From Octopus bimaculoides (lineage: Eukaryota), in NCBI RefSeq assembly GCF_001194135.2, contig NC_068991.1:44465317-44529316 (forward strand): a DNA stretch of 64,000 nt, in the 5' to 3' direction. Each line of letters begins with the position of its first letter. Position 1 is the stretch's first letter. The position numbers and the translations under genes are program-made. Positions 1-13,395 of this stretch are shown here, one piece after another. Below the pieces are notes generated by a model. The model worked only from the letters and a program-made list of their open reading frames with translations. It had not been told where the DNA came from and made no database searches.

Positions 1-70
1 CTCCCTAATTAGTTGAGCTATGACCCTCTCTGTAACTTTCATAACCTGATCTAACAGCTTGATGCCTCTG
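1..70 (-). mobile_element. 5'-truncated end of an RTE-clade LINE (RT motif RGIKLLDQVMKVTERVIAQLIRE)
   Basis: About 88% identical (8 differences in ~68 nt) to 22554-22620. Abuts the Helitron helicase. Confidence 0.8.
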
Positions 71-1178
71 CAATATTAACAACAGAGAATGAAGAAGTTG
101 ACAATCTAAATAACTACATAATCCAGAAATTTCTAGGTGAGACATATACTCTGAGGAGTATTGGTTCCGTTGCAGAAGATCAACAATCCACATGGCGAGC
201 TGGCAGAATTGTTAGCACGTCAGGCGAAATGCTTAGCGGTATTTCATCTGCCGCTACATTCTGAGTTCAAATTCCGTCGAGGTCGACTTAGCCTTTCATC
301 CTTTCAGGGTCGATTAAATAAGTACCAGTTATGCACTGGGGTCGATGTAATCGACTTAATCCCTTTCTCTGTCCTTGTTTGTCCCCTCTATGTTTAGCCC
401 CCTTGTGGGCAATAAAGAAATAAGAAGATCAACAATCTACACTCTATTGTCCTGAATTTCTGAATTCTCTTAATATAAGTGGCATGCCACCTCACATTAT
501 CAAATTAAAAACGGGTGTTCCTATAATGTTGCTAAGAAACTTAGATCAGAGGCACTGCAATGACACACGTTATAGTGTGTTATCGGTGTCAGATGATTTG
601 TTCATTGCAAGTAAAATAACTGGTGTTGATGCAGGATGCACACTTTTGATTCCCTGCATTATTCTGCAATCATCTGATACCGATTTGCCCTTTACTTTGA
701 AAAGACACCAATTTCGAGTGAGACCTGCTTTCGCGATATCTATAAGCAAAAGTCAAGGACAAAGCCTTTCTAAGTGTGGTATCTACGTGCCTGTGTCTGT
801 ATTTACTCATGGCCAGTTATATGTCGCTCTTAGTAGAGTTGGGGATCCAGTGAATCTTAAAATATTTGTTGATCAAAAAAAATTTACTAGATCAGGAACA
901 AGTAGATGTTATAATGAAGATGTAAGGAGACTTACATGTAATGTTGTCTACATGGAAATAGTGTAAATATTGATATGTTGCCTATGTAAAAAGTACAGAT
1001 TTGCTTGATATTTTCTTTGTTATTTTATTACTGATTTTGTAAAGTATTTGCATAAATAAATATATGTAAATATATTATCAAATATCTTTTGTGTATTTCT
1101 CAAACAATAGTTGAATTAAATTGAAATGTTATTCTAAACATAGCATTGTTTTTTCCTTATTGACGGGTCATGTACTAG
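70..1178 (+). mobile_element. Helitron 3' portion: Pif1-like helicase C-terminus (70-188 joined to 438-966) and candidate CTAG terminus
   Basis: AILTTENEEVDNLN...YCPEFLNSLNISGMPPHIIKLKTGVPIMLLRNL...FAISISKSQGQSL...FTHGQLYVALSRV are Pif1/RepHel motifs. Removing the SINE and one TSD copy restores a 215-aa open frame. gacgggtcatgtaCTAG at 1162-1178 resembles a Helitron 3' end. Confidence 0.88.
194..425 (+). mobile_element. Full-length tRNA-related SINE inserted in the Helitron helicase
   Basis: Pol III-like A/B boxes (ggcagaattgttag, gttcaaattc). 15-bp TSD AGAAGATCAACAATC at 174-188 and 423-437. Related copies at 14053 and 41120. Confidence 0.9.
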
Positions 1179-1189
1179 TAGTGATAATA

Positions 1190-1715
1190 AAGATGAGTTT
1201 TTCTAAAATTTTGAAGGATGTGCATAAGAAGGGGAAATGTCTGTGGTCCTACCACACATAGGTTTTTGTTGGGTTTTGAAACTGCGAAGATTTCATCTAA
1301 TTTCCATATTTTGGCAGTGTTGTTATGAGCAGATGTAGATGTTTGTATTTATTTTATATTTCTTGTCATTGTGCAGATTTTGGTGGCTGATTTTTAGAAA
1401 AAGAACAAAAGAACGTTTTGTTGGAGTGTATTAATGTTATCTGAAGTTGTCATTGTGGCATTTGATGTGGTCATTGTTAAGAGTTGTTTGTTGTTTGTGT
1501 TGCTAATTATTTTATGGTTTATATTGGATGTTAATACTTGCTAGTTTATTGTTTTCTTTTTGTTTCTTATTTAATTGCTGAGTTTATTTATGGTATGTAT
1601 GGTGTTCGAGGTTGTCTCTTCCTAGTAGAGTGATTGTACAATTGTGTTTGTGCCAGATTTAGAAACAGTTTCTTCCCTAAAGTTGCCATACAACTGAACT
1701 CTAATTTCTAGCATT
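1190..1715 (-). mobile_element. Degenerate non-LTR retrotransposon fragment (RT N-terminal region)
   Basis: Minus-strand KIWKLDEIFAVSKPNKNL / HRHFPFLCTSFKILEKLI (frameshifted) resembles the W..AKI..I.KP.K....YRPISLL...KILE.LI motif of LINE RTs. Confidence 0.5.
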
Positions 1716-1974
1716 GAGGGAGGTGTATAGACATATTGTTTTGCTTCTGTTTAGATATATTATTGAAGTCTTTCACTACTATATTGTGTATACTGTTGTG
1801 ATCCTGTTTCTAACCCATCTTTCACTGCAGCCTTGTACTTTCTATCTTCATTCACTTCTGTATCATTTCCTTTCACATTATATAAATTTCATAACTAACT
1901 CAAGTTTGCATGTTCTTAAGACTGAATAAAGCCATCAGTTGTTGCAATACTTTTTATTTAATCTTAAGAACATC

Positions 1975-2490
1975 TATGAATCCAGACATTTTCCAGAAAA
2001 CATTTATTGACAATCTGTCTGAAGAAAATTACAAATTACAGTTATTGGCAAAAAATGTTACATGTGTACATAGAGCAAACAAAGAAAGAGTGTATCTCAT
2101 TTCAGGAAGCCCTCAATCTCCTCGATAAAAAGTTTATCAAGGAAACATCTATTATGGCTAAACACAGACTACATAATCATACTCAAGCAGAAGACCAATC
2201 AATAGAAGGCTTTCTGATTGACATGAAAGCTTTTGCAAAGGAGTGTCATATACAGTCTCTAAATGCAGAACAATACTGTCACTTGCTAATTTGCAACAAT
2301 TTCATCTCAGGAATAAATTCATCAACAGTTACTTGAATTTACTGAAGACAACCTACAATCATTGGTAAAAATTGCTTTAATCATGGAATTAGCCAATGAG
2401 GAATCAAGGAACTTCTTAAAGATGAATCTTTCATGCCCTCCAGTCTGGGCAGCTTCAGGAAAACGATCCTGCTACTGGTGTGGTGGGCCT
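1975..2490 (+). mobile_element. Degenerate Gypsy-type LTR retrotransposon gag fragment
   Basis: LDKKFIKETSIMAKHRL...QAEDQSIEGFL...LAKEC...AEQY...FISGINS, then KIALIMELANEESRN and a CxxC knuckle remnant (CYWCGG). Broken by frameshifts and stops. Confidence 0.7.
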
Positions 2491-3566
2491 GTTCTTCCAA
2501 AACCAACATTTACAAATTTATTATTACTTTTATATATGTTTATATGTGTCATTGTAAGTTATATCTGATTTTTGTTATTTTGTATAATTGCTATATTTAT
2601 TATGTATTATCACTGTTTACTATTTCATTTAATGTCATATGTTGTATGTTGTTTAAATATTGCCTTAATATTGCAGCTTAACCTATTATAAAATGAAGTA
2701 ACTGAGTTGTTATTTCATCAGAACCTTGTGGGCATTTGTTTCAGCTCTCTGTTCTGAGTTCAAATCTTACAGATCAATTTTACTTTTCATCCTTTCAGAG
2801 TGAATACAAAAACGACCAATTCAGACTGGTGGATTGACAGAATTGTTAGAACATCAAACAAAATTTTTCCTTGTTCTATCCTGTCTGTGTTCTAAATCCC
2901 ACTCAGACCACCATTATAGTGAAGTAACTTCTGGGTGAAATAATAATTTGTAAATATTAAATAAAATCCATATGGCACTGAACTCAGAAAGAGTTTGCAT
3001 TCTTATTGAGTGCAGACAATCTAAGGCTCAGTAGATAAGTATGATGATGATGATGACAATACATCTTAGTATTTATTAAAGAAAATATTTTGTTACTGAG
3101 TTAGACATACTTCATTTAGTTAATTGTTGGATTTATTTTTATAAGCTTGATTGTTTCCACAGTGATGTAAGTGGAAACAAGTGAAACTATATTGAAGTGT
3201 TTTGCTATCTTATACAATTACGTGTGAAATTAACACATGTTGTCAGACATAAATTAGCTTTTGAAAGATTTAAATATATATGAATTTTTGCATTGTCCTC
3301 TATAGTATGAGTTAAATTTTTATTGTCCTTTTAATGCTAGTATATGTGCATACTTCCAGTGACCAACCAAACCAATTTGTGATATTCCGATAAAATTAGC
3401 AATACTAGAATGCAATACAAAAAATAACAAAGAACAACTGTAGATAGTAGCAGTTTATTCAATAGCATGAATTTTTTTAATAAAAGCTCAATGGCTGACT
3501 GGTTATGATGCTTTCAAGAAGATATGTAGCTTAAGCTGTAGGTAATTTGTTTAGAGCTGTCTAAGT

Positions 3567-3720
3567 CAGTGGTTCTCAACCATTTTTACCTATTGGACCC
3601 CTTAGATTAATATTTTACTCTCGTGGACCCCATAGCCATTCAATGTTTGAAAATTAGTCTTATAGATACTTTCAAAACCATATTTTGTTTTTCACACATT
3701 CACTTGTATAGGTTTGCAAT
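3567..3720. mobile_element. hAT-type MITE end fragment
   Basis: Begins CAGTGGTTCTCAACC, a typical hAT terminus. No partner TIR found. Confidence 0.45.
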
Positions 3721-5229
3721 TATACTCTCAAAGAGAACATGTTTCAGTGGACTGAAGTATATGCACAGTACATTCAGTAGCATAGCTGGTAAGTAAGTGG
3801 CCAGGGTTCAATTCCTTACCATCTTAATTTTGCTCTTGGCCTGATCACCTATTGATGTGATGTATCTAATTACAAAAGGTCAGATAACAGCCTTTATATA
3901 GCCACAATAACATAGAGTTAATGCGATTTTATGTGCATTTATTGTTGTCATTTTTGACAGTGAGTGTTCCAGTTGTTTGATCAACTGAACTACCTACTGA
4001 TTGCATTTTAGTCTAAGTGGCAGAGTATTCCACAGGCACCTATCCCTTTTATGGCAGAATCTGCTTGACACAGTGTGTGACCAGTCTGCTCTTTTGAATT
4101 ACAAGTACAGTCCATCTGACAAGGCCCCATATAGTTTCCCTCTCTCTAATTTTGCTCAAAAGTCAACCCAAGACTATGGTAAAATACTTGCACAAGAGGT
4201 CTTGGGTTTGATTCCATATAGTGGGATCAGACCCAAGACTTCATGATTGCAAAATAAACTTCTAAACCACTTAGTCATGCCTTTTATCATATGCTTGTAT
4301 TAAGCAAGTCAGAATTGTCAGCTTTTACCATTTCTTGATTTCTGCCCTTCATCAGCTACTCTTCGAAGCTTAAACTAAAATTTTGATTCATTCTGAATTG
4401 TTAGTAATCTAAAAACTATAATTTTTTTTTTTTTCAGGTAAAGAAAGGTATAATCATTGTAGTATATCCAAATGGCTCTCCTGCTGATGTGCACATAATG
4501 AATGAGAAATCATGCCAGCACTATTGGAAGAAATGGCAATCTCGACTATGTCAGTACTGGATTTCGCTTGGAGAGACTAAATAGATGATAAATTTGTCCT
4601 AACTATGAAGAAAGTGTGGTGAGAGTCAGGTTGCCAGTAAGCCTGGTTCAGAATTTTGTAAATAAATTCAATATCATATTTTGCAATTGTGTGATGATTT
4701 TATTTTTAAAAAATTTTCTCTCGTCATCCTTTCTAAAATTATACATTCATACTAGTAATCATAGAAAGATTTGCAAATTTGAACATTCCAGTCTGTTGAT
4801 GTTGGTTAGTCTTCGGTTAAGACAAGATTATGCAATATGACTGTGATCTGGTCACTTTGAGGTGATTATTCACAAACCCACTACAAATCATAAAAACTGT
4901 AAACAGTATGATTACCTTGAGTTTTTACACCTGATGTCCCTTACAGAAAAATGAAAGACCTCAAAATCAGTTATTTGTACATGTATTACAATATATCATT
5001 GCTTTTGATTTCACTCACACAATCCCTGAAGACACTCAGACATCAGTAGTTGCAAAGCTAACTAAATTTAATTACTCTCTAATTTAATTCAGGCAAAAAT
5101 AACAAATTATAACAGCTAAGCTAATTCTGGAGACTCAACTGGATATGTTTTTTTTTTTTTTGCTGACATTGAATTGATTTTTTTTTTTGCTACTTTTTTT
5201 CTGTGTGTGAGTGGNNNNNNNNNNGAGAC

Positions 5230-5261
<32 letters not shown>

Positions 5262-6066
5262 GGACACACACACACACACACACGCACACACACACACACA
5301 CACACAAGTAACTGGGGTATATTCAACAATAACAAGAAGAAAACCAGTATTGTGTCAGATTATCTAGCTCATTCTATCTCTTGACTTACAGTTTTAGTTC
5401 AGAAAGTAAATTTTTTTTATGGTTAATTCAACAGTTGTATTAATTGATTAACTTGCTGTTGTTTAGCTTGAAGTTGGTTCTGATCAAACACACTTATGAT
5501 CAAAGGCATTCCAGCTGTGGCCATTTTATTTCTTTTCAGGCATTGTGTGCTCCATACTTCATTATCTGTGTCCTTCCCTTTTTTAACATCAGATATAACT
5601 TCAGGGAGGTTATTACTAGCAAATCAAATAATTGGCTTGACCTATGTAATCTTTTCTACATTACTCTTATTATTCTGCTGCTCTCCCAGTCATATTTTCC
5701 ATCACCTACACCTTCACCCTTGTTCACCATTCACTACATTCATCTCACACTCCTACCACCATCTATAACCATCCCTCATTCTTCCCAATCTATCCCTACT
5801 CTCTATTCTATTCACCTTTTATACTGCTGGTTTTGATATCTTGTCACTACCATCTTCATAGCTCTTTGCAGCTCCACTTCAATTATGCCCACTTATTCTT
5901 ATGCAATGTGAAGTAATGTCTCTCCTCTACAGCAGGAAACCTGTTCCTGTCCTGTCTTTTATACTTTAACCTCTCACAACCTATCATAAAGCCACCTCCC
6001 TCTCTACCATATTTCCACTCAATCAAAAAGGCTCTTTAATCATGAAAGTTACATGGTAATTTCATT

Positions 6067-6730
6067 AGTGCTGGTGCCAGGAGAAAAGCACTCAGTACTC
6101 TAAAGTGGTTGGTGTTGGGAAGGGCATCCATCAGGTACAATCTATGTCAAAGTAGACACTGGAGCTTGATGCAGTCCACTAACTCATTGGATCCTGTTTG
6201 AATCATCTAATTCATGCAAATATAGAAGACAAGTGATAAATGAAAATAATGATGATATATATATATATATATAATATAGAGATGCCTATAATAAGACATC
6301 TAACCCGCTAGAAAGAGCAGCAAAAAACTCTATACCACAAAAATAGGGATAATTTCGAAAGAGAATGTCCTATTATAGGCATCTCTATATTTTAAATGAA
6401 TAATATATATGTAGTCTATTGACTAATTTTTTATTCTCGCTGGACCACTGGTGGTAAATTAAATTTCTAAAATTTCTTTTGCTGCCCTATGATTAATAAT
6501 GATATATATATATATATATATAGATAGATATATATGTGTGTGTATATATATATATATATATACACAAACATACACACATCATTATCATTTAATGTCCATC
6601 TTCCATGCTGGCATGGGTTGGACAGTTTGACAGGAGCTGGTAAACCAGGGGACTGTGCCAAGCTCCACTGTCAGTTTTGGCATGGTTTTTTTTCAACTAG
6701 ATGTCTTTCCTAAAGCCAACCACTTTACAA
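6067..6730. mobile_element. Two degenerate RTE-3'-end-like repeats in inverted orientation (6067-6257 +, 6582-6730 -)
   Basis: Share the gttggcgttaggaagggcatcc-like motif and the (cat/atg)n tail with the RTE 3' UTR at 20493-20820. Confidence 0.55.
6273..6391. repeat. Small palindromic element in TA-rich flanks, 27-bp inverted arms
   Basis: aatatagagatgcctataataagacat (6273-6299) vs atgtcctattataggcatctctatatt (6365-6391); 1 mismatch. Confidence 0.85.
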
Positions 6731-6935
6731 TGAACTTAGCTTTGGTGGTGCACTATGTTAACTTCTCAAACATCTCGCATTTATTTACTGAAACTCAATA
6801 GAAGGAGGTTTCCTATATTTTTGTATTGCTGGTTCCATTTATTGTAAATAAAAAGTAATCAAACCACTCACTATCCTGTAAGTCATTCAGTTTTTCAAAT
6901 AGAAAAGACATTTAATGTTGTCTTAGTCATTTGAT

Positions 6936-7285
6936 GAAGGCACATGACTTAGTGGTTAGAGCATCTGGCTCACAATCACGAAGTAATGAGTTTGATTTCC
7001 AGATTGAGCTGTGTGTTGTGTTCTTGAGCAAGACACTTATTTCATGTTGCTCCAGTTCACTCATCTGTAGAAATGAGTTGCAATGTCACTGGTGCCAAGC
7101 TTATCAGCCTTTGCTTTTCCTTTGAATAATATTGGTTGTGTGGAGAAGAGAGGCTGGTAAGCATTAGTGACTGCTGGTCTAACATAAACAGCCTTACCCG
7201 GACTTGTGCTTCGGAGGGTAACTTTCTAGGTACAATCTCATGGTCATTTATGACCAAAGGGGGTCTTTATGCTTTACCCTTTTTA
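6936..7285 (+). mobile_element. tRNA-headed SINE (second family)
   Basis: Head ggcacatgacttagtggttagagcatctggctcac...gagtttgatttcc, then core ttgtgttcttgagcaagacac. Related heads at 11349, 11500 and 61430-61620. Confidence 0.75.
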
Positions 7286-9139
7286 GTCATTTGGCATATT
7301 AACCATTAAAGAATTTTTTAACAAATTCTAAGATCATAGTTACTTAAAATTATGAATAAGCCACCATTTTGACATGAGTAAAAAAAACCCAAATTTTTCA
7401 TGCATTAGCATTAAAGTTAGAATGTTATTACCTCTGAAATATGACTTCCACCATTTTGGATAACTATTTTGAAGAATTATACATTAAGGAGTCAATCTCC
7501 AAGAAATAATGAAATGTTTCTTGGAGTCATTGATGTTGAGTAATGGTGATCATCAAAATTATAGTAGTCTGGGAAGTTTGTGTCTATTTTGATTGTTCTT
7601 ATAAGATCAAAAACTCTGAGGACCACTTTGCAGAAGAGTAAGGTTGTTGTTTAACCCTAGGTCAGACCTGATCAAGCAAACCTATGATCAAAGGTATTCC
7701 AGTGTTGATCATGTATTTTAATATTTGGCTGCTATTACTACTAGGTCAAGCAAGCAGGTATTGCATGAGGCAGAAGTTATTGTGCATAGATTCTCAGTAT
7801 GTTGTAGGGTATACTATGCCAACCACATTACAGATGATAATCACTTACCTCTTTGTTAGTATTTTGGCAAAAATAATAAACTGCCAAGTTTCAACAGTTA
7901 TGAGACAAATTGTTATGATGATTCCCTTGATCACATCCTTTCTTAGTAGTGCCACCACTCCCCAGGTCATAAAATAAAGAATTCCTCTGATCTGCTACCT
8001 GTAGACATATGCCAAAACAGCAGTGAACAAGTTTGGCTTATATGTATAAAGTTGGCAGAGAAGATCATTCAAACCAGATTATTTGCCTTTCACACATCCA
8101 CTTACCACCATCTATATATTTCAGCACTGTTGTTGGTTTTTCACAGCACTTTGTACCTTTCACCAAGAACCATGGTGAGCCATTTAGATAGGCACTAAAA
8201 TCCACTATCTCTAGTCCATTACACATTCTGAACAGTTGGGCAAAGTACCACTGGAAAGCTACAAATACATCTGTCTCTTCTACCCAGGCCAATCAAATAC
8301 CTTTCATTCTCTTGTGTCTAAGAGTACATGTCTGAGGTTTGACAATGTAACTCTTGTGACTCAGTTTTAAAGAAGTGCTTGGGGTCAATTCTCCCCACTA
8401 GATCATTGGGCAAAATGCCTTTCCTAATCACCTCCTTTTTTTTCAGTAGTTGCCCCCTCTAATTTATTTTTCTTTATCACTACTTGTTCATTAAATCCTA
8501 TCCTTCAGAGTACCCCACCACTGATTGTTGACAATTGTCCCAGTCAATTACCACTTAATTCACTAATCCAGATGCTTTTAACTCTGCAATGGGAATAATG
8601 TATTCATCTTCCAGTGGCTGGGTTCCTGTCTATGAGTCCTATTTATCTTGATCATGCAAGTCACATATTTTTCTGTATAGACAATTGAAAATGTAAATCC
8701 AACACTGTCTTTATTGGCTGATCTAACAAATTATCTAAATACAATATGGTGCTCTATGTTTACACTGGTACATTTAGGAGATCCAGTTGTCAGATAGTTG
8801 TAACTGAGCAGGTTTATGAGGCATTTACAGGCACAGGTCACATATTTTTGTAGGAAGATTATAATCAATTACATAGACCTCAGAACATTTATTAACTCTG
8901 GAAGGGTGAAAGCAAAGTTGACCTTGCAGGAACTGAACCCAGTACTTGGTGGGTATTTTACTGATCTCAGAAAGATGAAAGGCAAAATCAACTCCACTTT
9001 GAATTTAGATTATAAAGGTATATATTTAAATACTACAAAATATTTGTGACACTCTACAGATTCATCCGATAACAATGTCTGGCATAAATGCACAAATTTA
9101 GAGGGCAAGGCATAACCAATTAAATCAACCCACAATAGG

Positions 9140-11280
9140 ACTGTGATGGAATGTTACTACAAAAGTGAGCCTGCCAAAATATGATGCAGGAAAAGGATGT
9201 ATAAAATATGAATAGAAAAAGATGTTTCCTGTTCTAGAATAAAGATTTCTAGACAGAAAACTTTAATTATGAAAAGACAAGTGATTATCCAAGTTGGAGA
9301 TGAGGAAATCAAACAAGAAATAGTAAAGAAACCAACAAATCCTCAGGAAAGAAATCATAGCCAGCATGAAAACAAATTTTATTTAAGGGAGGAAAGGAGC
9401 TTACTACAACGGCTAAGTGAGATACAAACAAATGAAAGAAAGTGACTAGCAGATTTGAGAAGAATTGAAAGGGAAAATCATTGTAAAATAGCAAAGAAGC
9501 TGGACAAGCTGGTAATGAAAGTCTATGTTGAAAATATAACAGATCTAAACAGCCTCATATTTTGTGCAGCTTCTATTGCTGTAGAAATTCTTGGTGTTAC
9601 AGGTCAAGGAAGAGCAAAAGACAAAGACTCATGGGGAAAATGAAGACTTGAGCATCAAGTTGAATAACTCAATGGACATCCTGGAAGGATAAATGCAATG
9701 ACTGCAAAGAAAAAGGTGAAAGAAAGATGTAGAAATGGATGCCAAATAAAGTACAACATAAGACACAGAGGATAACTGGCAGTTAAGAGTTAAGGAAAAT
9801 TAAGGCAGTATCATGTACTGTAAAAAACTGCATGCCAACAAAGAATAAGCCAATAATCAGTAGAACAGGCTCTTCAGAAACATTGACAGGAAATTTCCCC
9901 AACAAATAACATCAGGAGAATGATGTGTCATATGCTGAAGCAGCAAGGAACTTTTGGCTAGATATTTGAAGCAAGGAGGTTCAACGTAACAGGGAAGTGG
10001 ACTGGTTGCAGAAATTTAAAAATGAAATGGATAATAGATCAAAATAAGAAAATATAATTATTATCAATGAGAAAGTGAAAAAGATATTTAAGAAATTGGT
10101 AAGTCCATGATCCAGATGATGTTTAAGGATTCTGGTTCTAAAATCTCTCAAGCATGTATAGCCCGAAACAACATTTCTTATAGACTATATAGAAAATGGA
10201 ACACCAACATAGATGACAAAAGGAAAGACAGTGTGAATTACAGGATAAAGATAAGGGAGGGGAAGTCGATAATTATAAGCCTATTACATGCTTACCATCA
10301 TTCTGGAAAATATTTACTAACCTTGTAGCTGATGAATTGTATACCTTTCTGGAGATAGAGAATTGATTACCAGAGAGGCAGAAAGAAGTCAAAGGGAACT
10401 GATGATCTGTTGTGTATTGATACCATGGCATTAAGGCATACATGTGAAAGAAAAACTTGGCTGTTGATTGGATAGACTACAAGGAAGTCTACAACAAGGT
10501 TCTATACTGTTCATTCTTGGAATACCTCAGAGAACACTGCAGTTTAGAGAAGCTGAAAGATTAAATCTACTGATATAAAATTACCACAAATTGATACCAT
10601 TAGGTTGCTGAGAAATAACGAGGGATACAGGTACCTGGGTGTTCTGCATGATGATAGAGTAATAGAAAGAGAAATGAGAGAGAATGTCTCCAAAGACTAT
10701 AAGAGGAGGTTTAGTAATGTGTGTGATACAAAACTAAACGAAGGGAATATTATCAAAATAAGAATACATGGGCCATGCCTGTATTAAGATACCATTTCAA
10801 GTTTACCTCAAGACCATACTGTTTCACCAAGCACCAGTACAAATGCAAACATTTGTTATCATGATGCCTTTTATGGTCTCTCTGTGTGAGCATTTTACAG
10901 ATACTTATATGATAGGGTAGAGTTTCTACATAGTCTGCATTTGTCTCAGGTAACCACAATATAGCTAACAAGGAGTATGAAAAAAAAACTGATAGATATT
11001 TGGAGTACCAAATGGAAATCTCAAGAATATGAAACATTCAAACTATAGTCATGCTACTAGTAGTTGGAGCTCTTGGCTCCATTCCTAATAAATTTGCAAC
11101 AAACATCAATGAGCTAATTATAATATCTAATGTTATTGCTTTACAAAAATTGACATTATTTGGAATTGGCAATATCCTGTAAAAAGTACTCTTTGTTTGA
11201 GGTCATATGGCTTGATTGAGAGTATCTAGTTGGTACCCAGCCAAAACCTGAAGTTGTACAAAAGGAATAATAACCTTTCT
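9140..11280 (+). mobile_element. Degenerate R4/Dong-type (RLE) LINE, RT to endonuclease
   Basis: ITDLNSLIFCAASIAVEILG, KNLAVDWIDYKEVY, YRYLGV and a VVGALG-like C-terminal motif. Many stops. Confidence 0.75.
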
Positions 11281-11348
11281 AACTGAGGCACATGGCCAGC
11301 AATTTTGACCATAATACTTCAACGATACTTTATTTTATTATAAATTGT

Positions 11349-11630
11349 GGAGGTACATGGCTTAGTGTTAGATTGTTGGACTCGTGATCATAAGATTGTA
11401 GTTTCGATTCCTGGACTGGGTGATGCATTGTATTCTTGAGCAAAACACTTCAATTCATGTTGCTCCAGTCCACTCAGCTGTAGAAATCAATACCACTAGT
11501 GGAGGCATGTTGCTTAGTGCTTAGGGTGTTGGATTGTGGCTTCGATCTCTGGACCAGGCAATTCATTGTGTCCTTGAGCAAAGGACTTCATTTCACATTG
11601 CTCCAGTATCCTCAGCTGTAAAAATGAGTT
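11349..11630 (+). mobile_element. Two tandem truncated tRNA-SINE heads (11349-11490, 11500-11629)
   Basis: Both are similar to the SINE at 6936 and end near ttgctccagt..ctcagctgtaga/aa. Confidence 0.7.
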
Positions 11631-12376
11631 TAGTCTGGGGAGGGATGGGCTCTGCAGTGCCCCAACGACCCCCAAAGGGTTAAGGGACTTGTCAACTTTA
11701 TTTTATTAATTCTAAGAGGATGAAAGTCAAAACTAACCTTGTCAGGATTTGAATTTAGAACATAAAGTGCAGAAACAAATCCCACAAGGCATTTTTCCAA
11801 TGCTATAAAGATTTGGTCAAACCATTGCACTTTTTCTAAGATAGGCACAAGATCAGAAATTCGATTGGAGGGAAACAATCAATTATAACATCCCTGGAAA
11901 GATGAAAGGCAAAGTTGACTTCAGTAGAATTTGAACTCATACTGCAAAGAACTGGAAAGAAATAGAAGACATCTATTGAATGCTTGAATGATTTTGCCAA
12001 ACCTCTTCTTGTATAAAACAAATAATTATTATCATTTCTAGCATAGAAACAAGGCCACAATTAGTGGAGAAGGTGGTTACTTGATGAAATCAATTCTAGC
12101 GCTTAACTAGTACTTTATTTTATTGATTCTGGAAGGATGACCAACAAATGTGACCTCTGTGAGATTTGAACATAAAATGTTGAGTTGAAACAAATGTTTC
12201 TAGATATTTGTTTGATAATCTAATGATTCTGCCCCCATTTTCTCTATCTTTGTAAATGAACAATCGGGTGCATTTATTTTAATGGCCTACCAATGTATAC
12301 AGTGCATTTCTCTGCCCTAGGTGTCAGGAAGACACTCGGCAAGAAATGGAAACAGAATTGAAAGATGATAAATAAC

Positions 12377-12378
12377 AA

Positions 12379-12451
<73 letters not shown>

Positions 12452-12480
12452 AATAATAATAATAATAATAATGATAATAA
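12377..12480. repeat. (TTA)n switching to (TAA)n microsatellite
   Basis: Direct reading. Gives the spurious poly-I/poly-L ORF. Confidence 0.95.
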
Positions 12481-13349
12481 GACCAAGCAATAACCCATCA
12501 GTGGCTGAGAAGTTCAGGATTGAAAGCAGAGACTGAAGGTTTCATATATTGGTGGCACAAGATCAAAGCTTGCTTTCCAAAAATTACCAGGCTAACATTC
12601 TTCAAAACAGTTCTGACCCTAAATGCAAATTCTGCAACTCATTTGATGAAACAAGAGACCATCTCATCTTGAGATGTCCTGTGCTGACACCAAACAAATG
12701 CAAAAATTGCAACGAAAGGGTAAAACAGTATTTACATTGGAAAATATGTAAACACTACAAAATCAGCACTCTTGCTCACTGGTATGAACATCATCTTGAG
12801 CCAGTCATTGAAGATAAAAAATGTTACTATCCTCTGGGATTTTCCAGTCAACACTGACAGAACGGTAGGGCTAACTGACCAGACATAATTATTAAAGACT
12901 GTGAAGAAAATACTTGTAGACTAAAAGATGTAGGTGTTCCCACTGATGAAAATATATCTGTAAAGAAATTTGACAAATTAAGTAAACATAAGGACCTGGA
13001 AATTGAAATACAAAGGATGTGGCATCATAAAACAAGAACTGTTCTTGTTATTGTAGGTGCCTTAGGTATGATAAAAAAGGGGTGTCAGAACTATCTAGAT
13101 AAGATCCCAGGAGAAGCATGTCTCAGAGAAATCCAAAGGATTGTGCTGACAAATACTGCCCACATCCTTTAAAAAAAACCTATCCATGTAAATGTTTGTG
13201 TCGTATTACATGAGATATTTTGCTACTGCCCCTGCTACTTGCCCTCCCCAAACTTTCAGTCATACTGTAACATCTCTTAACCTTCACTTGCCCTAGGATG
13301 CTGGGTATATCTTGGCAAGTGACTGTAACAAACATGCAGATTAATACCA

Positions 13350-13350
<1 letters not shown>
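12476..13350 (+). mobile_element. 5'-truncated R4/Dong-type LINE 3' fragment bounded by (TAA)n
   Basis: AQDQSLLSKNYQANIL...CKFC...DHLILRC (CCHC knuckle)...HWKICKHY, followed by RPDI-like and VPVIVGALG motifs and a (TAA)n tail. Confidence 0.85.

Positions 13351-13394
<44 letters not shown>

Positions 13395-13395
<1 letters not shown>

Noticed and set aside
1190-1715. Initial reading as a Penelope fragment (LEFSCMATLGKK)
   Set aside because: Downstream motifs fit a LINE RT N-terminus better, and no GIY-YIG was found.
4330-4362. Minus-strand CTGATGAagggcaGAAA, hammerhead-like
   Set aside because: No stem II pair, and no stem III, NUH triplet or stem I closure.
6936-11630. tRNA-like sequences
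   Set aside because: They are SINE heads that continue into SINE bodies; no complete cloverleaf.
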